A stretch of 64,000 bases of DNA, from positions 62,001-126,000 of the forward strand of contig CBFFRP010000241.1 of assembly GCA_965644295.1 (NCBI GenBank), read 5' to 3'. This document shows positions 10,686 to 23,427 of the stretch, in pieces. This DNA is from Paraphysomonas bandaiensis. Its lineage: Eukaryota > Protista > Chrysophyceae. Below the pieces are notes generated by a model. That model worked only from the letters and a program-made list of their open reading frames with translations. It was not told the DNA's origin and ran no database searches. The translations under genes and the position numbers were made by a program. Each line of letters opens with the position of its first letter. Positions within the stretch are counted from its first letter, which is position 1.

Positions 10686-11603
10686 ATGCCAGCCTACACT
10701 CCACCTCATAAACGACACAATGTTGTTGGAAAACTCACCCACTGCTGGACACGTAAGTCAGGTGAACCGGGTTACCTCGGTCCCATGGTGTTCCCATCAC
10801 CTAACGGGAGTGGTCTGGGTATGGTCGGTCGCCCTCATATCGTATTCAACACTCCCACACAATCAATCAAAGGAACATATGTGTTCAATTGTACAAGTGA
10901 TCAATTGAATATTGCTGTAGGATGTGAACCGGGTTATGATACTGATCAGCATGGTGACCCGACAACAGGAGTACAGATGCATCTCTGGATGAACGGGTCA
11001 ATCACTTTTAGGATTCGTCCAAGTTTAAGTGAGCATGATGTACTCTTTCGTATTGTTTTACCCATGAGGCCAACTGAGGGTAGTCGATTTCGTTTTGATG
11101 TACAGCTGCGGACTAAGTGGGAGAATTGTGTTTCCTTTCGTGTTGTTGAACTGCTGGAAGGCAATGTGGATGGGTACGATACTGGCCCCGTTGTTATATC
11201 AGTACCTGCATCTAGGAGACCAAATAATGGTAATGGTGTTGCCGCTATTTATAATTGTGAGAGCGGTCGTTATTCAACTCTTGAGTCTTTGGTGGTAGAT
11301 GGATTAAATATGATGCCATCACTCCTTGAGCTACTAAACTCCGGAAATAAATATCGATATGGAATTATTACGCAGCAGGAGAAAGAAAATGATACTTTTG
11401 ATTTGCACATAGATGTTAATCCTGGATTAAAAAATGCTACTACGGTGTGCCCGTTGGAATACGACCGTCGAAAAAGAGAAAAAAAGAATAAACGAAGGGA
11501 TGGGGATAAGGGCAAGCCTTTTTTCTACCCCAAACCCCTGCAAGGGGCTTTTTCTCCGAAAGTTTCCAATTACAACCGTTCCAATTACAACCGAAGGTTG
11601 TAA
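10686..11603 (+). CDS. Hypothetical protein; its 3' end runs into the AT-rich virus-like segment (probably truncated near 11465)
   Basis: Open frame from MPAYTPPHKR; composition changes abruptly after TTVCPLEYD. Confidence 0.55.
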   Translation: MPAYTPPHKRHNVVGKLTHCWTRKSGEPGYLGPMVFPSPNGSGLGMVGRPHIVFNTPTQSIKGTYVFNCTSDQLNIAVGCEPGYDTDQHGDPTTGVQMHLWMNGSITFRIRPSLSEHDVLFRIVLPMRPTEGSRFRFDVQLRTKWENCVSFRVVELLEGNVDGYDTGPVVISVPASRRPNNGNGVAAIYNCESGRYSTLESLVVDGLNMMPSLLELLNSGNKYRYGIITQQEKENDTFDLHIDVNPGLKNATTVCPLEYDRRKREKKNKRRDGDKGKPFFYPKPLQGAFSPKVSNYNRSNYNRRL

Positions 11604-11784
11604 TTCTCTCACTCTTGTCAATTTAACTTTATAGCTTATTATTAATAACTTAATTACTTTGTATATTATTTATATTCTTATAATAAAATTAATTACTTTT
11701 TTATATTATTTATATTGTTATAATAAAAAATTAATATAGACAGTAAAGTAGATTTAAAAGGTAGTGTTAATGGTAGAAGTCCAT

Positions 11785-12113
11785 AGGTTAGTTGCACTGG
11801 CTTTTATACCAAATCCAGAAAATAACATATAAATATAAGCCTTGTGTAGATCATATAAATAATAACACATTAGACAACAATGTTAATAATTTGAGATGGG
11901 CGACACGGGCGGAGAATAATTATAACCAAAAGTTAAGCAAAGCAAATAAATCTGAAACAAAAGAAAAAAGAAATGGGTTGCATCAATAACATTAGACGGC
12001 ATTAAAATCCACATTGGAAGTTTTGGTACAATAGAAGCAGCAAAAAACAAAGCAAGAATAAAAAGAGCGAATAAAGCCTTTGGGGTTTTCATAAATGCCT
12101 GTGAAAGAGAATA
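11785..12113 (+). pseudogene. HNH endonuclease with C-terminal AP2 domain (viral/phage type), frameshifted
   Basis: KPCVDHINNNTLDNNVNNLRWATRAENNYN (HNH_3 motif), followed in another frame by KWVASITLDGIKIHIGSFGTIEAAK..RANKAFG (AP2-like). Confidence 0.85.
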
Positions 12114-12439
12114 AGAACCCCTTACATAACAATAACAATGAATATAACGAATACGATACATAATCAATCAAAGACAATGTGCCTGATATGCACTCATAAT
12201 GAGATCATATTTCCTTTATTTCCATGCTTGTTACATATCACAATGATATAGACACAATGACAATGAATATTATGAATGAATATATATATATGTATATATA
12301 TACTCGTAGACACACAAACAACATACACAACAACACAAAAACCAACAATCGAGATATTTTATACACTGTAATATATTTCTGTCCGTCTCGCCGTGTACAT
12401 ATACTGGCCGTATTTCTGCGTACTATAAGTATAGTTACG

Positions 12440-12810
12440 TAACTACATATGGCCTTATTAAGGCTTTGATCAAGAGGTATCCCTTTGGGAGAAGCCCCTC
12501 GGGGTTGTGATCAGGAGGTCTCCCTTTGGGATGGGACTCCACTAAAAGCTTTGAGGAGACCCATCCTAAAGCGAGGCTTCCTGATGAAGCGCCCCAGTGA
12601 GTCCAAAGACACACATCCTGGCGAACATCACAAGCAACGTAAAAGAATGGAAGTGGTGGTACCTTGGTTCTTGTGGCGACGCACAAGCAGCTTCTGTAAG
12701 TTTGTACTGATTAGTTACGGATAGAGGTCTAAATAGTATGACTACCATTCCTCTAGCCACTATATTGGTGCAGAGTTTCAACGCCTATTGTTAAATAATC
12801 AGGCATTCAA
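12440..12810 (+). repeat. Structured repeat family, copy B (divergent subfamily), nested in the virus-like segment
   Basis: Shares ggaagtggt..ccttggt.cttgtggcgacgcacaagcag and the terminal aacgcctattg..taa..ag.cattcaa with the other copies. Confidence 0.7.
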
Positions 12811-14044
12811 TATATTGTGGATGATAACAAATAATCATATAAATAATGTATAAGTTACTTTCATTTAATTATAAGTTACTTTACTTATATAAGGGTCGTA
12901 TAAAATATAAATAATCAAATTGTAACAGTTCGAAACGATATTCCACTCATTTAGTATGTATATTGACTATTGGCCATATTTTCATACAATGAAAAACGGG
13001 TGGGGTGGGAAAAGAGGCAAGCCATTTTTTTTAACCCCAACCCCAATTTCAATTGGGGCTTTCTCTTCGCAAGCTTCCAATTACAACCCATTCGGGTTGT
13101 AATTCTCTCTCTTGCTAGTTTCTACTTATATACTATTATTTATATTCTTATAATAAAATTAAATACTTTATATATTATTTATATTGTTATAATTAAAAAG
13201 TAATATAGATAGTAGTAGATGTAATAGGTAGAGTTAATGGTAGAAACAGGGGGAGGAAAAAATAAAATATAAAATAATTAAAATTTATAAAGGTTGTAAA
13301 AAACCCGGATTCTACCTTGAAAACTACTAAATAATATAAAGGTGAATAATGCTCTATGCTCTAGGATGTGTTGTAGTAATATAAGGGCGAATAATGCTCT
13401 GGATGTGTTGTAGTAGTATAACATATATTTTTAAACCAGTCATTTTTTGCAACAACAACAAAATTGCAACAGAGAAAAGAATACTTGTAGTCACGTTTTC
13501 TGTTTAGCAGATTTTTATTAAACTAAGTTGAATTTTATATTTTATAAAAATATAGAAAACATTTTTTAAATATATAAAATCATTTAAAAAAATAATTATA
13601 TATATATATTATATATTAGTATATATATAATTATGACAAAAACAAAATCTGAAATCAACGGTGAAAAGATTGCAAAAGAAGAGAAGGAGCAATATATTGA
13701 CAAATATTTGCAACTTTACAAAGACGAAACAAAGACAAAGAACTTAAAAGATTATATAAAGAAGTTAACAGTTATGAAACATATATAAATAAGTAGGTCT
13801 CTGAAACTGTGGGAACCTTAAATACAAAGATGAGAATAAATGAAAGCACAATAAGAACAGATATAATTAAAAAACTAGAAAACAAAAGATTATGTGAAAG
13901 TTTTCTCTAAGTCAACAACTTACATTAAACAAAATATATTTCATGGATACGATAGTATGTTTTATGTGGTCATGTTCTACCATATGAGTATTCACAAACT
14001 ATTTTTATAAATACATTTGGGAAGTATTTTCCGGATCATATCAA

Positions 14045-14470
14045 AGCATGCTTTAACAAATACTCTGATAAACATACTTTAGTATGTGATAACACAATTA
14101 GCTAATCGAACTCCCATTCAAAATGAAATGATTATCGTCAATATCGATGACGGCTCCAAAGGTACACATTGGGCTGCCATATTTTCACAGGGTAAACGCT
14201 ATTTATATTTCGACACATTTGCCCTCGCGCCACCAACAAATATCGCGGCGTATATTAAACGTGTGAATGGAAACAAAAAATACCATACAATAATTCCAAA
14301 CTACAGGATCCTCGTGCAGAATCGTGCGATTATTGGCGCGCGCTCTGATTGGACTATATGAGAAAGCGATCCATTCTGACAAAATGGTCACTCACCCGAA
14401 TTCACAACATATTCACTTCACTATTCAATAATGCGGAACAAAACAAAATCATACTGCACAAACTATACTC
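14045..14470 (+). pseudogene. Adenain-like (peptidase C5) cysteine protease of Polinton/PLV type, disrupted
   Basis: IIVNIDDGSKGTHWAAIF..YLYFDTFALAPP; the shifted frame continues YNNSKLQDPRAESCDYW, giving the His-Asp-Gln-Cys order of Polinton/virophage maturation proteases. Confidence 0.8.
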
Positions 14471-14504
14471 CGGCTTTTTTAGTGCTCTACAAGTAAAAAG
14501 TAGA

Positions 14505-14970
14505 TGATCCGCAACGACATAAATCCACTACCCGAACCACGCCCACTGCAACACTCACGCATACATAGCGACGAAGGCAAGTCGCAGCCACCACTCATTC
14601 CCAGTAAACGCGTCTTTTTGAAGGAATGGAACAGGAAATAAAACGAATTCGGGACGAGAAACATGCGTGCGAATTTGTTAAAGCAGTTCGTACCCATCTA
14701 ATGTTGTTCGACAAATCGCAAAACAAATACAGCAACCGGATATTGCTGTGTAGGATGCAATGTGTTGAAAATTTCATCTTGGGGAAATCACGGGGTTTAT
14801 TCCGCGAACGACTTGTCATCGAATGTGTGTCCGAATTTTTCGGCGGTGACGAAGATATCATTTGCAAAATGATCTAACTCCTCATGCCAAAAATTAAAAA
14901 CTACAAATGGTTCCGCCGTAACATGAAGAAAGCAATTCGTTTTTTTGCAAACTTGCTTTGGACGAAGTAA
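14505..14970 (+). pseudogene. Small virus-like ORF remnant
   Basis: MEQEIKRIRDEK..ICKMI*LLMPKIKNYKWFRRNMKK; frameshift and in-frame stop; co-oriented with the protease. Confidence 0.4.
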
Positions 14971-15609
14971 CCTCTCACCTCACAAGAAAATCAATTCAAA
15001 TTGGATTTCGATATATCCTCCCACTCATACTCGCCGCCGTGTAATATATATATACTAGAAAGAAATATTAATCGGTTGACGACTCAAGACTCCATGTATC
15101 ACCCGTCAATCTAAAGTTTGATAGTATTATACATAATATAACCGGCGGATGCGATTACAATCCACAATCCGTATGATTGAATATCTCTTTGTTGTTGTCA
15201 CTGGTTCAGTATATAAAGTTGCGTCTTGAGTTGCTGGATATGCAACGTCATCTACATACCTCCATGTTGATCCATCATCGGAACCAGAATAGAACAAGCT
15301 TTCATTGTTCTTTCCTGTTGTGTGCTTGTTTCCTGTGTTGCTATCGATGTCAATCGCATCTTAAAAGGAAACTGTGTGTGTCCAGCATGGAGAGTTCCAC
15401 TAGTGCCTGTATAATCGCCGGGTGTTCATCATAAGCTTCACTAGATGGCATCGCATTGAACACACTGTCTCTGTAATTGTCGATATCATTCAGGTCAGTG
15501 TTATCATCAGAAAGGATCTACAGAGTCTTGTATCTACCAGATGAAGAGCATTATGCAGCCTGGACCAGCACTATCAGCGGAATAAGTTCTTGTTATATGA
15601 GGGTCAATC

Positions 15610-15941
15610 CGTATCGGCATCCTTTGTGTATTTTTGTACCAATATGCCTCTAATATTGAGATAATAATTATCTGTATTCCAATCGTAGTTGTATGTAGGT
15701 AATATAGAAGATTTTTGATTCAATTTATTTCCGAAACATTATATCATGAGATTGATACATACATACATGGACATGGACATGGTGTTGGTGAGTGGAGATG
15801 CGTAGCATCTTATTTTTCGGAAATAAAATGAAGCAAAAACCCTCTATAGTACTTACACACAAGTACGGCTGGAATACAGAAAATTGTTGTCTCAATATTA
15901 GAGGCATCTGAGAACAAAAATATACGAACGATGCCAATACG
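15610..15941. mobile_element. Fold-back/MITE-like element with about 135-bp imperfect inverted arms
   Basis: cgtatcggcatc..atgcctctaatattgaga.. versus ..tctcaatattagaggcat..gatgccaatacg; a third arm lies at 23042-23182. Confidence 0.7.
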
Positions 15942-16227
15942 CCAACTACGTAGCTACATCATGCATTATCACACTGAGAATGGTTGTGCATGTCGATTTT
16001 ATTGATCTATTTAATTGAAAAGTTATCGTTTTTTCATTAAAAAGTCACTTTTATTTTACTTTTCATTGAAAAATCATGGTTTTTCAATGAAATAAACAAT
16101 AATACAAAATATGCAGTGAACTCAGCAATGCATACATACATAGATAGAGATGCGCAGTCACAACACTCAGTAGCACCCACTAGAGAGCCATACACAGTGA
16201 TAAGTTACGCTGTCAATATGGGGCAGT

Positions 16228-19200
16228 ATGGGGATTAACAAGAGCAAAGGGGGATCCCATATACAGCCCACAGTCTCCTATGAAGCAGCGTCTCTTAGAT
16301 CACGTATCTACGGTACACTCCACCCATACATACACATACCTTCCCTCACACCTCTTAACAGGATGATAACAACGTTGTCTATCGTTCATATACAAGTAAT
16401 GCACCTAAGATACTACTTGAAACGATCAGTGCAAGGACTGCTACGGTATGTATGTGTGTATGTATGTGTGGATGCATGTATGTATGTATGTGTGTATGTA
16501 TGTGTGGATGCATGTATGTATGTATGTATGTATGTATGTATGTATGTATGTATGTATGTGTGTATGTATGTGTGGATGCATGTATGTATGTATGTGTGTA
16601 TGTATGTGTGGATGCATGTATGTATGGATGCATGTATAACTCTGATCAGTTTTCTGTTATATATAACACTCTACTTACAGATTATTCTACTGGTTACTTA
16701 CTTAACATTTGCGTTAGCATTTCTATTTGATTTAAGGAGTACAATAATTGGATTTAGGAATGGAAACAAAATGCTTTCATCTACTAGTTGTGATTCTCAG
16801 GGTATCATTATTGGAAACGAGAACGTAGACTATGGATGTACTCTACTAGTGGAAGATAACTCGAGTTCAACACAAGATGTCATATGGGTGGGCCATGTAC
16901 AGGGGTTCGATAACATCATATCTGTTGCACTACAGGCGAAGTATCGCAACATTTCAAGTATCAGTCTGAATGGTACTGTATTGGATGATGATGGGGAACT
17001 GCAAGGTATCACTATCCGATACGATGTGGCACTATATGCTTGTTATCATAATAAGGGTTGTGGATATGTGTCTAGTTCTGGGGAAGAGACCAGTAACAGT
17101 CACTGGAACAAGGTGCTGATGGACACTGGAAGAGAAGTGACTGTAGCAGATGTGTACAACATTGGGGATGACACTGCAACTGTACAGTTGATGCCGAATA
17201 CTTTTCAAAATCAGGAAAGTCTACCAGACAATGGTAAAGTGAAGTCTTATCTAGTATACGTGACGTATAAGGGACAGCAGCCATACTTTGTCAGCAACAG
17301 TAAGGTTGAATACAAGTTTGCGAACATTAATAGAAGCAGTTTCTTCGCCGCCCGCGTACTGCTCCAACTTTGTGTGTTTTTTACATTGCTTACAATCGTG
17401 GCTTATGTGAGGGGTCTTCTCGCACGATACAAAAGCCTCAGACACGCTTTACCTGAGCAACGTTGGTTGCTGTGGTACATGGTAGCCCTTGTGTTGTTTC
17501 AAAACCCTGTTTATTGCGTGATCACCTGGCAGTCCAAACCCTCACCAGAGGCCGTATACACCACTTATTTCTTAGATGCCCTGTCCCAGGCATCCTTCTT
17601 TACAATATGGCTTCTCTACTCCGATGGTCTTCGTAGGCAGTTCAATTACTACACTTTTTACGTTCCTAAGCTTGTAATGGGCTTGCTACTCTTTTCCACC
17701 AACTTAGTGGTGACCACACTACAGTTTCCTTCGATCTCTGTCGGTCTTAGTAGATCCCCAGTTACCGCCGTGTCTGAGTGGTCCTATAACACGAAGCTAT
17801 CCTTTATCGTATTTTCGCTCTCATTTTTATGTCTGCTTTTGTTGTGGACGATATGGTGGTTTTATTCTTTGTGGAATACAGGATCCTCTCTGTCCAAATT
17901 ACCGTACATGAGCACGCGCTATCTACAGCTGTGGTTCAGATTCTTCTCACTTCAGGCTACTCTCGTGACACTGTATTATGTATTTCAATACTTTGTTACT
18001 ATATATTATATCTTTAGCTACTCCGACAATACCTCCAGAATATCTTTGGAGAACATCACTGACAACGTTAATGTGAGTAGTGATTGGATAGAATATGTGC
18101 TCTGATAATCCCATAGACTCTTTTCCGGCAACAATCGCTCCTATTCGGAAAGGTGTTCTTTTTAACAGTGTATGCGATGATTCTTGCATTTTTCTTTTTC
18201 CCAGCGGGCATGTTAGATGAACAAATGGCGGCAGTAGCTGCGACTTATGTTGTCAATGAATCGGAGATTCCACATGTCTACAGGAGCAGAGAAAGAGTAA
18301 TACGCAACACAAAAGCCATAAGTCGATTCACTCAGGCCAATCCCAATGTATTTTGTGTGGATTTGGCCCTTGACCTGCTAGAAATAGCATTTCAGTCTTA
18401 TAATGATCCTAAGTTCTACCCTACGGACGGTGGATATGGTGTGATTGATGTTGAGAAACAGGGATACCGTCTACTAAACCACGCATACGACTCTGACCAT
18501 GATACTGTATGCTTCATTTTCAAGCACATCAAGAAAGCGCGGGTGGTCATAGCTTTTAGGTCATAACTGTTTGTTCTGAACTCTGAGCTGATAATTAATG
18601 TATTGCAGAGGATCTTGTAGTAAGAAGCACTGGTCTGCGAATTTAAACTATAGTAGGCGGCCAGTTAATCTCGCATCAATGACAATGCATGATCTGGACG
18701 CCTTAGACGGGCTGGAGGATGCACAGTCATGTCACTCAAACCAAGAAGGTATACAACGGTGGGATTATATGTAGCAATGATCTATTCAATTCGTCTTTTG
18801 GGCCTATACATGCTTTAAGTGACTGTACAATATGTATCAGGACGAATGTTTTCACGACAGAGCAGCTACATGTCCACCTCAGATGACGACTTGGATGAAG
18901 AGTCGAATATGCATGATGATAGGTATAGAAACCGACGTAGTATGCGGCAGTCATTGTTCCAGGTGAAAAAAGTGCTTTCTTTCGACTCTCTTTCACTTTT
19001 GTTTCATTTATGATGCAGAGAGGAATGTCCCAGGCAGCGAACTTGGCCGTAGATGCAACCACTGATATTTTCACTCTGGCCGCCTCTCACACTCCAGGGC
19101 TGCAGGATACTGTTAATACTCACATCCATAGTGGATTTTGGGAGGCGTATTTAACTGTCAGAATATTTATACACACCGTGTTGCGGCAGGAATTGGTAAC

Positions 19201-20247
19201 CAATCCTGCCCATATATTCTGCACTGGTCATTCTTTGGGTGGCGCGCTAGCTACTCTTGCTTCACTTGATCTCGCACTTCACACCATTCCCCGTGTGAAT
19301 GCCTACCTCAGGTCGAAAGGGTATGTACTTTTCAACAAATCGAAGTTATCCCGGTGATGTATTCACAGGCTTCAGATGACCGACGAAAGGGGACATGAAG
19401 GTGATATACCCCGCAACCACGAAACTGATCCAATTAAGAAGATCAAAATATGTATGTATAATTTTGGGTCACCGCGGGTTGGTAATATTCACTTCGCGAA
19501 AGAGTTGAATGACCTGGTGCCTAACAGCTTTAGAGTTGGTGTGTATATACGATGTTCGTTTTTACCTTAAACCCTAACCTTACCGTTGTCTTTGCAGTGG
19601 TAGATGGTGACATCGTGTCAGGAGTACCCCGGACTGGGTACAAGCACGCTGGGACAGAGATAATAGTCGATGCCATTGGTGCGGGAAGCATTATTGTAGA
19701 CCCCAGCTTTGTTGAGAAGCGCCTGCGCACACGAAACAAGACCTCTGTATCCTCCCATTCACTTTTTGTTTATCGTCGAGGTCTACAGGGAGTAAAGGCG
19801 GCAACGGAGTATACCCGCTTGTATATGACTGCACGCAGTGAACAGTTTGGTGTCGCTACTGACGAAGAAAACGTGCTCATTGCGAAGCAGATGAGATTGG
19901 CACTTGAGTCGGGGCAAATTGCAGTAAGACTAGCTGAGAGTGAGGCGCGCGAGACAGAGTCCCATATCAGTGAATCCAGTGACAGTAAAGACATCCATAA
20001 CCGTCATGACATGGAGGTCGAGGAAACGCGAGATATGGCAAGAAGTGTCGAAATGAAACAACGGGGCGTAATCACAAGATTTTTAGATGGCACTATGATG
20101 ATAGTGGATTATATATCTAATATTCTGGGGAGGGGTCGACTTCATCAAGAAAGTGAAATATCTCAATCTATTGTAGATATGGATAATCAACATTCACATC
20201 GAAAGTCCCCACATTTAGAAAGTCATGTGGACGACACGACATATTAG
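16228..20247 (+). CDS. Multi-pass membrane protein (TMEM181/Wntless-like region) fused to a class-3 lipase; multi-exon
   Basis: About 8 hydrophobic helices, then VIAFRGS, HSGFWEAY, GHSLGG, YNFGSPRVGN, DGDIVSGVP, YKHAG; short GT-AG introns link the ORF pieces. Confidence 0.85.
16447..16636. repeat. Compound (TATG)/(GTGTGGATGCATGTATGTAT) intronic repeat
   Basis: Direct inspection; starts at a GT donor and ends before the acceptor at 16680. Confidence 0.9.
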
Positions 20248-20494
20248 ACAGACAATACACTCTATGTTATTGTAGGACCGTAGATTTTTGTATTTGTGAC
20301 GCGACTATGGGTGTTTGAGCAACACCATTTGTGGCATTGATGGTCTTATCTTCATTTTCCATGTCTAGAGGTGATAGTGGATAGTCTTATGTTGCTACGA
20401 CCTTTACTATCTTCGCTTTATCTTTGTACTATAAAACTCCCATTTTTCTACATTTATGTACCCCCACATATCTTAATGCTTGTGTCAGTTCAAT

Positions 20495-20762
20495 AGGCAT
20501 CCAGGGTATTGGGCTGCCTGCTGAAGTCAAGCATCCGGGAATGGGCCCACCATAAGGCTTAAGGGCATTCGGGGTATTGGGCTGCCTACTGAAGTCAAGC
20601 ATCCGGGCTACTAGTTCACCTTGGTGCCTTGCGGTGACGCACAAGCAGCTTTCGTAGCGCCAAATAGTAGGTTATTAGAGTTAAGCAGTAGTTAGTTAAA
20701 CTGTTTTGCTACATTAGTTCTGACTCTTACACACTCATATTGCTAATAAAATCAGACATTCA
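20495..20762 (+). repeat. Structured repeat family, copy C (5'-truncated, internal 36-bp duplication)
   Basis: gggtattgggctgcct.ctgaagtcaagcatccggg occurs twice, then the core hairpin and the shared terminus gctaataaaatcagacattca. Confidence 0.8.
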
Positions 20763-21291
20763 CTACAAGATTAAAGTGTTAGGGCTAACTTTCGCACGCG
20801 ATATAGGCGTCTTTGGGATGAGACTGTAGGTCTGAAAGCTACTCGAAAAACAAGCAATAGAATTGAAGGCAATTGCAATGCCAATAAATGGATGTTTGAT
20901 TAATAATTGCAATTACTATTGTTGAATACCACTCACCAATTAATTGTTACGCAAGCCATCTTCTAGTGATGTTCAATCACCCGTAGTCGCGTCGAAGGTT
21001 ACTCCGCCAATCAACCACAATCAAGTATTTATCACATGTATTTATGCTTAATTACAATTCGCATAATATATATCAGTATACTCGCGACATGATGTCCACC
21101 AGTCAAGTAGTACAAAGTAAGATACACATAGACTGAAATAATGCCGCGATAACTACACACTGCTCTCAATAAAGTTCTTTCAATTCACTACATATCATCA
21201 CAAATATTTCAAAAACACAATTTATGGCCCAATAAGAGGGCTCTACACATTTATAAAATGAGAGTAACATTGGCCGTCGCCACGTAAAATA

Positions 21292-22636
21292 TCACAACAG
21301 TAAGTACAATTTTCGAGCAACACCGACAATAGCCGCGTATAGAATCCCAAGAGCATAGAAGAAAGGGCTTTCCGAAAAGTAAACTTCAGCGTTTTTGAAG
21401 TCAATAACAGTTGCTGTGGGAGAAGCAAGTATATTTCCCAGTGCACATGCCTGTTCAAAGTAGTCGTATAGCTCACCTATACCCGTCCAGCGGCAAACAG
21501 CAACCCCGCCAACAGCGAATGGGGCAACTGCACGACGCACATATTGTCCAGGTATATAGAGGTCGTCGCGACTTTGTTCTTTCTCAAGCCATGACATTGC
21601 CGGAACATACTCTCCAGAAAGAAACTGTGACATCTGAAGAGCACCCCGAATTACAAGGGCATCAATGCAACTGTCGATGGGGGTGATCATATGTTTCCAT
21701 GGGTACTCAATCTGGACATATTACTCAGTCACAACCGCACACATGCATAATCTGAACTATAAAACGCACCTGCGAGAGTCGAAAGACAAGTTGTCGTCTG
21801 GTTTGATCTGGAAATATGGGCGTATTATTCGTGAGTCCACCATCCAGACAGGGAAGGCCTCTGAAGTATCGGCACCAGCTCTTCTCTGTGATGTACGGGA
21901 TGGTACTACTGGCACAGCAGGCCTGCAAGAGCTCATCATTGCTGTGAAACTCATTTATGATTACATTCTTCAGTCCAGAAGATGTGATAACAGTGATGCT
22001 GATATGAAGCTTTCCCGTGCATATTTCGTATGCATTCTTCGGCATAGCTTCCAGTGCCTTTGGCCACTGTGATGAGAAAACATCAGGTGAGGTAAGAAAA
22101 CTCATAGATGAAATACCTACCAGGTCATCACAGTATACATCATGAAGATATTTTCGAGGGTTTTCAGCACATTGGTGATATGATTCGATGATAATTGCAG
22201 TCGGTATCCCAGCTGCAATGAACAATGCCGACCACGCACCAGCACTAGCGCCGGCAACACGAGCAATCTTCACATTATTGTGAGCAAGTTGTTGCTGAAG
22301 GATTGAAATACACCCACACACATAATAACATTTCATTCCTCCCCCGGATATAACGACATCAATCTCTGCAACTGGTCCAGGAGAGTCAGGGAATTCTGTT
22401 ATACTACCACTTTCGTGATACTGTCGACAAACCAGATCTCCAAGAGACTTTGAGGGTCTGAACACCTTTATTGATTTGGAGATGTGGTTAATAATTCTTT
22501 CCGTAAGTAATGTCGATGGTCGAACTAGATGACTAGGAACAGTGAGATCAATGAAAGTATCTTCGTTGTTGTCCTCATCTTCACATATTGAAAGTCCCAA
22601 TGAGTACAGTGAGTGGCTTGACATGTTAATGCCCAA
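21292..22636 (-). CDS. Patatin-like phospholipase (PNPLA type), with introns
   Basis: SGGGMK, GASAG, ASSTIP and LDGG motifs. Confidence 0.9.
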
Positions 22637-23041
22637 TACTTGATTGGTGCTGTTTGTATTGCACTACTATGACAGCTACAGATAACTCTCTTCATCTCAA
22701 TCCCATCCGGGCAATTAGAGGGCAGTGTGGAGGTTATGATGTGCATGGATATGCTATTTATGTATGTATGAATGAATGACGTGCGTCTCCGTGCAGCTTG
22801 ACGTCACTTGTAACCGTAATAGATGTATTCTCACCACTGTATTCACTGTATACTGCTCGACTCTCCTTTCGAACTACAATGTATAATAGATCCGTATTCC
22901 CATATATACAAAAGTGAGCAAAATAAACAAATCAAAAGTATAGAAATATAATTCTCAACATATGATTGGCTATTAACCATTCTTATCATCTGAAGTGTAT
23001 GAAGTGATTCTTACATACATATACATACACATACATATGCA

Positions 23042-23182
23042 CGTAGCGGCATCCTTTGTATATTTTTGTTCTCAGATGCCTCTAATATTGAGACAACAAT
23101 TATGTGTATTCCAGCCGTAGTTGTATTGCAATAATATAGAGGATATTTGCTTCAATTTATTTCCGAAAAATAAGATGCATAC
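23042..23182. repeat. Single arm of the 15610-15941 fold-back family
   Basis: Sequence match to both arms. Confidence 0.8.
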
Positions 23183-23427
23183 GCATATATACATACATAC
23201 ACATACATACACAGTCCATTAACGGCACATGACTACACAGTGTTATATAGAACGCTACACAGACGTTAAACAGTATATTGAAATGAACTGTGTGATCTAT
23301 GAGATTTCAATGAACATGACTGTATAGCATCAGAGAGATCAGAGTCAATCTCGCTCTATTAGTCCCACACCAGTCAGATATACATACCTCCCTACATATA
23401 CACACATATACACATATATACACATCA

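Larger units (their letters stand above)
11465..15060 (+). mobile_element. Degraded endogenous Polinton/Polinton-like virus segment
   Basis: AT-rich, intronless small co-oriented ORF remnants including HNH-AP2 endonuclease and adenain-like cysteine protease. Boundaries are approximate. Confidence 0.7.

Noticed and set aside
12581-12626. Hammerhead ribozyme (CTGATGA..GAAC)
   Set aside because: No GAAA closing a stem II and no compatible stems I/III; the motif is not conserved in the other copies.
11465-15060. Helitron (TC start, CTAG at 15055-15058)
   Set aside because: Not inserted in an AT dinucleotide, no clear subterminal hairpin, and the gene content is viral.
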